Part shown: one piece after another, positions 55,141 through 64,000 of the stretch
How positions within the stretch are numbered: position 1 is the stretch's first letter
How the letters are laid out: each line of letters begins with the position of its first letter
Assembly (NCBI GenBank): GCA_963715865.1
Contig: OY970280.1
Span: forward strand, 736,001-800,000
Reading direction: 5' to 3'
DNA from: Candidatus Bathyarchaeota archaeon
GTDB lineage: Archaea; Thermoproteota; Bathyarchaeia; Bathyarchaeales; Bathycorpusculaceae
Length of the DNA stretch: 64,000 nt
Position numbers and translations under genes: made by a program
Notes under the pieces: generated by a model
What the model was told of the DNA's origin: nothing
Databases searched by the model: none
Seen by the model: the letters and a program-made list of their open reading frames with translations, nothing else

Positions 55141-56346
55141 ATGAAGGTCCTCTTCTTAGGTGCTGCACATCAATTCTCTTGGCCAGGAGGGGAGGCAAAT
55201 GTTGCTAGGATATTACGCTCCGCGCTCTCGGAACGAGGCATGGATATCCATGCTGCCTCCTTATCCCGCTCAGCAACAAATCAGAAGTTCCCTCACCTGT
55301 CGTCAGCCACACCTATGTCAGTAGTAGACCCAGGAATTGTTAATCTGTACCGACGATACATACAAAAAACCAAGCCTAACGTAGTCCTCACATGCTACGA
55401 TTATGACCTTTCAGCGTTCTGGGCAAGTGTACTTTCTGGAACTCCAACGATCGCTCAAACCTTGAGCCCATGGCCTGTATGCCCAAAAGATGACCTATTC
55501 ATCTCAACCAAGCAAACTCGTTGTGAAGGCCCAAACTTGATCTGCGGACAATGCCTAGCTCGAATATCAGAAAACCAAAGAATGAAATCGCTTTCCACCT
55601 CTTCAGTTGGGCAAGTACCTTTGTCGGTTCTTTCAGTTATGAAAATTAACAAAGTCAGACGCATGATATCTAAGCTGAACTGTGCTTCAGCCATAGTCGC
55701 GGATAATCTGTTTCTAAAAAACAAAATGGTACAAATCGGTTATGACCCACAAAAAGTCCACATGATTTATAACGGCGTAAATGCGAACAAGAGCAAATCA
55801 GCAACAGATGCGCACAAACCAAAAACAGTTCTGTTCCTAGCTTATCAACCCACCGAACACAGACGAACACTAAAAGGTTGCCATCATTTTGTTCAACTTG
55901 CAAGAAACCTAAAGCCCGAATTTCGAGACGTACAGTTTCTATGGGTAGGTCGGGAAGGAACTCAAACAAATGACAGCTTTGACACTATAAGTTACATTTG
56001 GAAAGACCAAGAGCTTCAAGAAACCTACGAATCATGCTACATATTCCTCTTACCATCCCTGTGGCCGGAAACAATGAGCTATGCCGCTCAAGAAGCAATG
56101 GCTCACGGAAAACCCGTGGTAGCATACGACACAGGAGCAAACAAAGAAGCAATAATCCACAATGAAACCGGCATGCTGGCAGAATGGGGAAACATCGCCC
56201 AATTAACATCTCACGTCAGAACATTACTACTTGATGAGAAAGCAGCCAAACGCATTGGAAACAACGCCAGAAAACTAGCACAGGCAAAGTTTAGCATAGA
56301 GCAAATGGCAAATAACTATGAAAAACTGATAGAAGAAATCGCATAA
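55141..56346 (+). CDS. GT4 glycosyltransferase
   Basis: IYNGV, KG, LPSLWPETMSYAAQEAMAHGKPVV, HNETG. Confidence 0.88.
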   Translation: MKVLFLGAAHQFSWPGGEANVARILRSALSERGMDIHAASLSRSATNQKFPHLSSATPMSVVDPGIVNLYRRYIQKTKPNVVLTCYDYDLSAFWASVLSGTPTIAQTLSPWPVCPKDDLFISTKQTRCEGPNLICGQCLARISENQRMKSLSTSSVGQVPLSVLSVMKINKVRRMISKLNCASAIVADNLFLKNKMVQIGYDPQKVHMIYNGVNANKSKSATDAHKPKTVLFLAYQPTEHRRTLKGCHHFVQLARNLKPEFRDVQFLWVGREGTQTNDSFDTISYIWKDQELQETYESCYIFLLPSLWPETMSYAAQEAMAHGKPVVAYDTGANKEAIIHNETGMLAEWGNIAQLTSHVRTLLLDEKAAKRIGNNARKLAQAKFSIEQMANNYEKLIEEIA

Positions 56347-56357
56347 ACACCTTTGAG

Positions 56358-57518
56358 GTGGTTAAGATTTTGAACACAATTCCTTTGTATAAACCTCAAA
56401 ACGCATTAGGCAACGAAGAAATAGACGCAGTTAGAGAAGTCCTCAAATCAGGATGGCTAACCCTAGGTCCAAAAACAATCCAGTTTGAAATAGCCTTCGC
56501 AAAATATATAAAAGTAAAATACGGCGTTGCCACGAACTCGTGCACGTCTGCTATGTACTTGGCTCTAGACGGTTTGGGAATAGGCAAAGGTGATTCCGTT
56601 GTCGTTCCAGTCAACACTTTTGTTGCTACAGCAAACGTTGTTCGATGGCGTGGAGCCGAACCTGTTTTCTGTGACGCAGGCGAAGACGGAGAAATTGACC
56701 CAGTTAAGTTGGCGAATATTCTTGAAACGAATGAAAACGTCAAATGTGTGATACCTGCACATATTTACGGTTTCCCCTGCAACATGAAAGTCATCAGTCG
56801 ATTGACCAAGAAACATGGCGTGAGAATGATCGAGGACTGTGCGCAAGCCCATGGTGCGACATTCGGAGACAAAAAAGTTGGCAGCTTCGGCGACGCTGGA
56901 TGTTTCAGCTTCTACGCAACAAAAAACATAACAACAGGCGAAGGCGGAATACTCGTAACAAGCAACAAAAACGTGCAAAAAAGAGCCTTATTTGTGAGAA
57001 ACCACTGTCAAACCAAAACCCCAACTGAAAAGGCCGCTGACTGGCACTATGACGTTACCGATCTTGGCTTTAACTTCCGAATGAGCGAAATCGAAGCTGC
57101 GATAGGACTTACACAAATGAAGAAACTTGACCTCATCACAAAATATAGGAGGGAACTTGCAGGGAAGTACAAGAAAGCACTGGAAGAGATCGAAGGTATC
57201 AAGATGCTCCATGACCCTGGCGATAGTCTATGCCACGGCGTTTTTCATTTGCTGGAAGTAAAGGTTGAAAAACCATACCCATTAACTAGAGACGAACTGT
57301 ACAGCCATTTACGAAAAAGAGGCATAATCACCGGAGTGCACTATATTCCTCTGCACAACTTTTCTTATTACAGAAGAACCACAAAATACAAGAAGGGAGA
57401 TTTCCCATGCGCCGAAGCATTATTCTCAAAAATTTTGTCACTTCCAATGTTTCCGTTCATGACAGAACAGGAATTTCAAACCATAATCGAAGCCCTAAAG
57501 GCAAAGGCACTCAAATAG
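56358..57518 (+). CDS. DegT/DnrJ/EryC1/StrS PLP sugar aminotransferase
   Basis: SGWLTLGP, NSCTSA, EDCAQAHG, FSFYATKNITTGEGG (PLP Lys), GFNFRM, LSLPMFP. Confidence 0.95.
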   Translation: MVKILNTIPLYKPQNALGNEEIDAVREVLKSGWLTLGPKTIQFEIAFAKYIKVKYGVATNSCTSAMYLALDGLGIGKGDSVVVPVNTFVATANVVRWRGAEPVFCDAGEDGEIDPVKLANILETNENVKCVIPAHIYGFPCNMKVISRLTKKHGVRMIEDCAQAHGATFGDKKVGSFGDAGCFSFYATKNITTGEGGILVTSNKNVQKRALFVRNHCQTKTPTEKAADWHYDVTDLGFNFRMSEIEAAIGLTQMKKLDLITKYRRELAGKYKKALEEIEGIKMLHDPGDSLCHGVFHLLEVKVEKPYPLTRDELYSHLRKRGIITGVHYIPLHNFSYYRRTTKYKKGDFPCAEALFSKILSLPMFPFMTEQEFQTIIEALKAKALK

Positions 57519-57577
57519 TTGCCACCGCATAGTGGAGAATTTGCTAAAATAAAAAGCCATAACCTTGTCTGAAATTA

Positions 57578-58693
57578 GTGAAATTAATGGAAAATACAAT
57601 AAATTATGTAGGTTGGGCAACTCCCAACAACAACTTGGGCGATGAGGCACTATACAGAATTAATCAAGACATTTTTGCCAAATACAATTTTAAGCTGCGT
57701 CGAATAACTGATCCGCGCAGGCAGAAACATAGTCAGACATCGCTTGTCAGTGGAGGTACCTGCCTACCTTTAATTGCTATGTATATGCGACCTACAAAAT
57801 ACGCATACGTTTTTGGCACAGGTGTCTTAGACCCATTGTTTTACGGTCCGTTTGATCCAGAGTTAATCGACAGATTCAAGTTACTCCATTTTAGGTTTAT
57901 CGGCGTAAGAGGCAATATTTCAAGAGCACGCTTGAGAGGCTGGGGAATAGATTCCGAAGTGATAGGCGATCCAGGCTTATCCCTAAAACCTACAAAAGTC
58001 TCAGAAAAGTGCAACAACAAAATTGCTATAAACATCGGCGCAGGCGATCCCAAATTCTCTTGGAAAGCCCAAGATAGAGTGATCACAGAGTTGAGCAAAG
58101 TCTGCAAGGTCTTGAAAGCTGAAGGCTACGAACTGGTTCTCATTCCATTCTGGAAAAACAACATGGAGGATGTCGAAAATCTTTCCAAACTGGTAGATGC
58201 CGGCATCTTTGAAAAATGGGTAGATGCCGAAGCGACCATGAATCTGATTTCAACCTGTAAAATATTTATCGGCGAGAAACTGCATTCTCTGGTTTTTAGC
58301 GCTGCCGCAAACACACCCTTTATCGGACTCGCCTATTCACCAGAACACTTCGATTTTGCAGACAGCGTGGGCTTTTCAGAATTCACCATGCCTACCACTG
58401 AAATCACAGCTGAAAAGATAATTGCAATGTTCCATGACCTCATCAACAACTACGAGACAATACAAGACAAGTTAGCGGGGCGCGTCAACGAATATCGCGA
58501 AAAGCAGCGCAAATTTGCAGCCAGAATAAGCTCAGATTTAGAATCTCTCCCAGAAGATAAATGGGCCATTCAAAACAACTTTGGAAACACGCTACTGCTG
58601 CGAGCAGACAAGCAATTTTACACAAAAACGGGCAAAATATGGAATGTTTGGAATAGGGCTGTTTTCTCGCAACTAATGCCTTACCTGATTTAA
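57578..58693 (+). CDS. Polysaccharide pyruvyl transferase family protein
   Basis: NNLGDEA, SGGT, GVRG..S, GDPG, EKLHSLVFS...TPFI.L.Y. Confidence 0.85.
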   Translation: MKLMENTINYVGWATPNNNLGDEALYRINQDIFAKYNFKLRRITDPRRQKHSQTSLVSGGTCLPLIAMYMRPTKYAYVFGTGVLDPLFYGPFDPELIDRFKLLHFRFIGVRGNISRARLRGWGIDSEVIGDPGLSLKPTKVSEKCNNKIAINIGAGDPKFSWKAQDRVITELSKVCKVLKAEGYELVLIPFWKNNMEDVENLSKLVDAGIFEKWVDAEATMNLISTCKIFIGEKLHSLVFSAAANTPFIGLAYSPEHFDFADSVGFSEFTMPTTEITAEKIIAMFHDLINNYETIQDKLAGRVNEYREKQRKFAARISSDLESLPEDKWAIQNNFGNTLLLRADKQFYTKTGKIWNVWNRAVFSQLMPYLI

Positions 58694-58710
58694 AAACGAA
58701 TTAAGAAATA

Positions 58711-60000
58711 TTGCATATGGTAAGCATGAAAACAACAAATATGTTGTATATGCCGATGAGCCACTATGAAGAGGACGGTAAGATGAAAAATCTGCTGATT
58801 ATAACTGCGGATACGGATGATTACAACAAAAACGTGGGCGATTACGGTCGTTACCCCTATATGGTAAAACACTTCAGTAACAGATATCGTATCCAAATAC
58901 TGAATTATTATGCTACTCAGGGGCATGAGCGCATAACTAAAAAGCTCTTGCATCCAACCAAAGAAAATGAAGAAGGAACACCAATCAAAACATTAGGCGT
59001 CAAGCTGCTATTTGAAGTTCTTCCTCTCAAATCTCAAATGTTTGATCGATACCTTTCTCCTTTATTTTTTACGTTTTTACAACCGTTCTTTGTTGTTTTG
59101 ATAGCTTTTAAGCGCTTAGGTAAGAATGACATTTGTATTGCAGGGGGATTGTGGGGAGGAATAATTGGATATGCTTTAAAATGTTTAGGTAAAACAGACT
59201 GTCTGGTTTATGAGGATTTGGACCTTTTTCCTTATTTTTGGGATAACAAGTTATTCCAAATTACGCTGTATGCTATTGAGAAATTTGTGGTGAAAAAAGC
59301 CGATTTAGTGGTAAGTGTAAGTGATGCGTTAGCAGAATTAAGAAGGCTTCAAGGTGCTAAGAACGTAATAGTTGTACCAAATGGCGTAGATTACAATTTA
59401 TTCAGCAAAGGGCAGAGCAAAAAAGAGCATGTTCCAACCTTGGTGTATGTGGGTGGTCTAGTAAATTATCAAGGGGTTGATTTGCCGATAAGGTGCTTGC
59501 CAGAACTAGCTAAAGCCTTTCCTAATATTAGATTTCTTATTTTAGGTACAGGTCCATTTGAGAATGAGCTTAGAGTATTAATTAAAAATCTTGAACTTGA
59601 ACGGGCTGTCTTCCTTTTAGGCGGGCAAAAACATGAGAAACTACCAGATTATTTTTCCGAATCAGATATTGCAGTAGCAACAGCCAAACCGAGAATTTTA
59701 ACTCGATATTCCGCGCCTTATAAGATTCCGGAGTATATGGCAGCAGGCTTACCCATTATAACAACCAAGATGGACGAACGACAAGAATTGCAAAATAAAT
59801 TAAAAGGAATTATTTCAATTAACTTGCGGGAAAGAGATTTCAAAGATGTTGTCTTGAATCTTTTTTCAGACGCTGAACTTTATAGAGAATTATCTGAAAA
59901 GGCTATAAGAACTGCAAAAGAATCTGATTGGACTGATTGTTTCAAGATTGAATTTGATGAAATAGAAAAAACCTTTGAAAAAAAGACTCTTGAGAAATGA
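58711..60000 (+). CDS. GT4 glycosyltransferase
   Basis: VPNGVDY, YVGGL, ILGTGP, KIPEYMAAGLPII; start uncertain. Confidence 0.88.
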   Translation: MHMVSMKTTNMLYMPMSHYEEDGKMKNLLIITADTDDYNKNVGDYGRYPYMVKHFSNRYRIQILNYYATQGHERITKKLLHPTKENEEGTPIKTLGVKLLFEVLPLKSQMFDRYLSPLFFTFLQPFFVVLIAFKRLGKNDICIAGGLWGGIIGYALKCLGKTDCLVYEDLDLFPYFWDNKLFQITLYAIEKFVVKKADLVVSVSDALAELRRLQGAKNVIVVPNGVDYNLFSKGQSKKEHVPTLVYVGGLVNYQGVDLPIRCLPELAKAFPNIRFLILGTGPFENELRVLIKNLELERAVFLLGGQKHEKLPDYFSESDIAVATAKPRILTRYSAPYKIPEYMAAGLPIITTKMDERQELQNKLKGIISINLRERDFKDVVLNLFSDAELYRELSEKAIRTAKESDWTDCFKIEFDEIEKTFEKKTLEK

Positions 60001-60201
60001 TTGGTTTTTTATGGTATTAATAGAGCCTTCAATAATTAAGGTATTAGATTTGGAAAACATCCACGGGTATTCTGAAATCTTGGTTTAATTAATAAATGAA
60101 TTGTGTCATTGATTTTACTATTGAAGAGTATGAGGCTGCTCTTCCCGAGATTTTTCTTACTTTACAACAAACTTGGCTTTTGTCAGCCCTAGGCGGAGAA
60201 A

Positions 60202-61029
60202 ATGAACGCACGAACAGAAAATCCATACATTAAAATGCTTAGAATGGTTTCTTTTGATATACGCAATTTTGATCCTTTTCTCCTTACCACTTATTTTGAT
60301 CTGCTACGCGGTTCAATACGCACTAGAGTTTCCAAGGAAGCCAATTTCTCATCAGAAAGATTCTTTTGGACTCGTTTTTTTCATGAGCGGAAAAAAAGGT
60401 TTGGTTATGTGATGAGATGTAAATCAGCTTCTGTTTGTTCTCCAACTACGGAAGCTATCCTCTCAGCGTTAGCAAAGCTTGAAAAATCTTTTCCAGCTCC
60501 ACTCTTGCTTATTGATGTGGGTGCTGGTCCATTTTCAGCCTTTAATATTGACAGTCTGGTCAATCGAAGCGATTTGAAAATAGTGACTGTTGATCCGTTA
60601 GCAGATTTTTATAAGGAGTTGCATAGAAAATTCCAAACGAACTATGCTTCGAATCTTGTAAAGGGTTATGGGGAGGCCTTAGATGAGCATTTTGAAAAAG
60701 ACCGCTTTCATCTAGCCATCACTGAAAATGCACTTGATCATGCGATGAACCCTAAGCTTTTCATAAGAAAATTATTCGACATCGTTAAACCTGGAGGCTA
60801 CTTGATACTAACTGGATATGTTAATAATGGCTCGATTGAAAAGTGGCAAGGGTTGCACAAATGGGATATTGAAGTGATGAACGGAGAATTGATTCTTTCG
60901 AATCAATCTAAGACAACTTATGAGAATATTTTTTCTGGCCTTAATGTTTCTCCCATCAAGAGAATCATAAAGAAAGGGGACATTGACACATATTATTTTA
61001 CTTATGTTAAGAACGATAATACCAAATAA
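60202..61029 (+). CDS. Class I SAM-dependent methyltransferase
   Basis: LIDVGAGP, VDP, NALDH, VKPGG. Confidence 0.85.
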   Translation: MNARTENPYIKMLRMVSFDIRNFDPFLLTTYFDLLRGSIRTRVSKEANFSSERFFWTRFFHERKKRFGYVMRCKSASVCSPTTEAILSALAKLEKSFPAPLLLIDVGAGPFSAFNIDSLVNRSDLKIVTVDPLADFYKELHRKFQTNYASNLVKGYGEALDEHFEKDRFHLAITENALDHAMNPKLFIRKLFDIVKPGGYLILTGYVNNGSIEKWQGLHKWDIEVMNGELILSNQSKTTYENIFSGLNVSPIKRIIKKGDIDTYYFTYVKNDNTK

Positions 61030-61152
61030 AACAATCAAATTCGAATGCCCTCTCAAAGGACTAATTCTGACTCGTGCGTGAGTTCTGAAACTAACAGGAA
61101 GAATTTCCTTATTTTGGTCAGGAGCGACAAACAACAAAAACATGTGGATCTT

Positions 61153-62478
61153 ATGAAGATTTACATCACAAATGATGGATGTGAAGTAGGTAAGCTTTAC
61201 TCCTCATACATACAACAACTTTTTCTGAAGACTAACCCACGAATAGTTAACACATCAGATCCAAAAGAAGCCGACCTAATCCTCTTCTATGCTTGTGGAC
61301 TAACCGCAACCAAAGAAGAACAATCACTACGCATAATCGAAGTTATTAAGTCCATGATGAAACCCTCAGCAAGACTTCTTGTTTGGGGCTGCCTCTCAAA
61401 ACAAAACCCCGAATCGCTTAAAAACAAATACTCTGGTCCCATGCTTGGGCCCTCAGATATGAATTTCTTTGAGGAAATTTTGAGACAAACAACAAACGAA
61501 CCTAAATGCTCGAACATAAATCAAATTCCAGACGCCAACTTCCCCTTAAAGGGAGAAGCGCTTCAACCCATTTCATCAACTAAGCAAAACATCATGTACC
61601 GTGTTTTCGGTGACCTCGATGGATACCTAAGCCAACTATTCTTCAAAGCAAATTCCTCCATTTTCTACTTAAGAGTCGCCGAAGGCTGTACATCCCATTG
61701 CACCTACTGCAGTGAGCGGCTCGTTTGGGGAACAGTGAAGAGCAAGCCAATCGAAAAGGTAATCTCTGAATTTGAAAGCGGCCTAGAAAAAGGATACACT
61801 AACTTCTTTCTCTGCGCAGAAGACTTCGGAGCCTACGGAGTGGATATCGGCTTAAAGGCGACCGATTTGCTTAAACAGCTTGTTGACGTTGGCAACGATA
61901 AAAATTATAAAATAATCATCAATGAACTAAGCCCTCCTTACTTAAAAAATATGTTACCAGATTTTGAAAAAATCTTCAGTACTGGAAAGATAAGCACACT
62001 AGGCGTTCAAGTTGAGTCCGGTAGCAACAGGGTTCTCAAACTAATGGGCCGACAATATAAAGCAGAAGAATGGAGAAACCTCATGCTTCGCATTAATAGA
62101 AATTTCCCCAGCATCGACCTCTCAACTCATTTTATGGTCGGTTTTCCTACGGAGACAGAAGAAGACTTTAACGCTACAATGAAACTACTCGACTTTCCGT
62201 TACTTCTTAAAGATATTCTAATATTCAAGTTCTCACCTAGACCAAACATCCCAGCGGCGAGGCTGTCTGGACAAATATCTCAAAGCGTCATCGAACTCAG
62301 GGCAAGAAGACTGCAAAGAAAGTTTTGGTATACATATCCTTTGAATTTAGCAATTCGTTATCCATATTCTCTTATCAAGAAACCAGCACGCTCCTTCAAT
62401 GACCTAAATCATCAATCACCTCCATACAAGCTAAATACCGAAACTACAAGTGTCCATGCGAAACTCAAAGGATCCTAA
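61153..62478 (+). CDS. MiaB/RimO-like methylthiotransferase-family radical SAM enzyme lacking a TRAM domain
   Basis: UPF0004-like N-domain Cys (DGC, YACG, WGC), EGCTSHCTYC, VESGSNRVLKLMGR, VGFPTETEEDF, FSPRP. Start at ATG 61153 (track ORF opens at 61045). Confidence 0.85.
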   Translation: MKIYITNDGCEVGKLYSSYIQQLFLKTNPRIVNTSDPKEADLILFYACGLTATKEEQSLRIIEVIKSMMKPSARLLVWGCLSKQNPESLKNKYSGPMLGPSDMNFFEEILRQTTNEPKCSNINQIPDANFPLKGEALQPISSTKQNIMYRVFGDLDGYLSQLFFKANSSIFYLRVAEGCTSHCTYCSERLVWGTVKSKPIEKVISEFESGLEKGYTNFFLCAEDFGAYGVDIGLKATDLLKQLVDVGNDKNYKIIINELSPPYLKNMLPDFEKIFSTGKISTLGVQVESGSNRVLKLMGRQYKAEEWRNLMLRINRNFPSIDLSTHFMVGFPTETEEDFNATMKLLDFPLLLKDILIFKFSPRPNIPAARLSGQISQSVIELRARRLQRKFWYTYPLNLAIRYPYSLIKKPARSFNDLNHQSPPYKLNTETTSVHAKLKGS

Positions 62479-63898
62479 GAATTTTCAATCCAGTATTTAT
62501 CTAATCAACAAAGAATTAAGGAGCAATAAAACCTTGAAAACAATCAATGCTTTTGGAGAAGAATACTACTCATATGAGCACCAGAAAATCTTCGAAGAGT
62601 TCCTTTCAAATGCACAATCTCAAAATCTAAACATAAAAGTCATAAAGCAGTTGTTTCTAAAGCCTTATCTTCCAGCTACGGAAATCTGCAAAGAATTTGG
62701 AACCAGCAAAACCGAACTTATAAAAACCTATGACTTCATCAGGTCCTTTTACAAAAGCAAAGAACTGTTCGCATATTCTCCATATCCATACTTGGTTAAT
62801 GTCCTAGGACAGTTATCAAAGGATGCCGAACGGATTCAAACAATACTCAGAGGAGAAAGACCTTTTCCACCATCCGATAGTTTGGAACTGTTTATCAGCG
62901 AATCTTGCAACGCAAAATGCAAATTCTGCTACAGAAACGACAACATATATCACCATAAAGACAAAACTCTAACAGATTCAGAATATGCCCAATTAATAAA
63001 CAATTTCGCCGATCTAAATGGTCAAAATCTTGATGTAACCGGCGGTCTTGAACCCCTGCTCAGCCGTTCCCTGCTCGGTATCCTAAAAACTGGAGTAGAA
63101 CGCAAACTAAACGTCCATTTGTACACCAATGGAATTGCACTTGGCAAAGACAGAAAGATTACCGAACAAATAATGAAAATAAAAAGAGTCAGAATCAGCC
63201 TCAACTCAACTAACAGCAAAAACTACAAAGAAGTCATGGGAGTGGACAAGTTCGAGCGAGTAATAGAAAATTTGCGACAACTCGCTGAAACCAAAAGAAA
63301 AACCAAATCAAACGTCCAAATCGGCGTTGGATTCGCAATATTCAAACAAAACTACACATGCATTCCTGAAGCTCTAGAACTAGCCCAAAAACTTGAACTT
63401 GACTTTTTAGACCTAAGAGCAGTCGAAGTAACCAATGTAGAAAGACTCGACCAGCAACAAAGAACAGAATTGCAGTCTATCCTTAATGAAGTAAGACGAA
63501 AAAAAATGCGAAACGAATACGGCGCATTAAACGTAAGCATCGCAGACACATTCAACACAGTTATCAACCCTGAAAATGATTGCATGAAATACGTGAAAGA
63601 AGACTTAGTAAAGGAACTCTGGCACTTCAGAGTCACGGTGACACCTTATGGCAAGGTCTACGCTTTAAACTTCATCGGCCAACCTTCAAGAGAGGACGAT
63701 CGGTTCCTGCTAGGACAAATAAGAGAAAACAAAGATCTTTCAAGCATACTAAGCAATGGAAAGAATATTCCTTATGACGAAAATTCCTTGGTTGCTCACG
63801 ACATGACTCTAATGATGGCACTTTCTAAGATAGCCTCTGACTTAGAGTTTGGAATTAACCTAGAAGAAAACCCATTCAATTGGAATAGCCTACCTTGA
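62450..63898 (+). CDS. DesII-like radical SAM enzyme (NDP-4-amino-4,6-dideoxyhexose deaminase-like)
   Basis: CNAKCKFC, TGGLEPL, YTNGIAL, LDFLDLR, VTPYGKVY..GQP...RFLLG; about 480 aa with an N-terminal helical extension. Confidence 0.7.
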   Translation: MSMRNSKDPKNFQSSIYLINKELRSNKTLKTINAFGEEYYSYEHQKIFEEFLSNAQSQNLNIKVIKQLFLKPYLPATEICKEFGTSKTELIKTYDFIRSFYKSKELFAYSPYPYLVNVLGQLSKDAERIQTILRGERPFPPSDSLELFISESCNAKCKFCYRNDNIYHHKDKTLTDSEYAQLINNFADLNGQNLDVTGGLEPLLSRSLLGILKTGVERKLNVHLYTNGIALGKDRKITEQIMKIKRVRISLNSTNSKNYKEVMGVDKFERVIENLRQLAETKRKTKSNVQIGVGFAIFKQNYTCIPEALELAQKLELDFLDLRAVEVTNVERLDQQQRTELQSILNEVRRKKMRNEYGALNVSIADTFNTVINPENDCMKYVKEDLVKELWHFRVTVTPYGKVYALNFIGQPSREDDRFLLGQIRENKDLSSILSNGKNIPYDENSLVAHDMTLMMALSKIASDLEFGINLEENPFNWNSLP

Positions 63899-64000
63899 CC
63901 GCTCTTATGGGAAAGATGCTCTCGCGCTCATTCTAAGAAATGTGATTCCAAAACAACGCCAACACGCTATGATAACCGAAACATCAAGGAAACTCAAGGG

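Noticed and set aside
1131-63777. The many short antisense or nested ORFs in the track
   Set aside because: They lie opposite or inside well-supported genes and show no motifs.
63969-64000. Possible start of the next gene (MITETSRKLKG)
   Set aside because: Too short at the window edge to support.

Overview
Archaeal chromosomal DNA, most consistent with Bathyarchaeia. This is inferred from the gene repertoire: ESCRT-III/CdvB, DGGGP synthase, crenarchaeal-type SSB and tRNA splicing endonuclease, a large PQQ-like beta-propeller surface protein, bacterial-type PfkA, many TTG/GTG starts and oligo-T terminators. About 60 CDS are present. Housekeeping genes include glyS, endA, trm1, proC, lysC, pfkA, rimI, ssb and malic enzyme. 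A tRNA-Tyr(GTA) is split by two BHB introns around a 7-nt exon. Mobile or decayed DNA comprises a VapBC-type TA pair, a decayed DDE transposase, a PIG-L relic and a frameshifted Pro/Thr-rich surface protein. Most notable modules: (1) a glycosylation cluster at 54-64 kb containing a DesII-like radical SAM enzyme, a DegT/DesI-type aminotransferase and a TRAM-less MiaB-like methylthiotransferase; (2) a divergent cohesin / dockerin / membrane-spanning HTH module with a helically phased ATGAAC triple repeat; (3) a metal/Fe-S handling region at about 35-46 kb (Mrp, 3 NifX-like domains, IscU-like, 2 ferredoxin-MinD ATPases, DUF134, EncFtn-like ferritin, CDF) with a Cys-tailed Lrp regulator; (4) a stand-alone DCD-like domain protein. 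All family assignments come from motif recognition by eye; no database searches were run.
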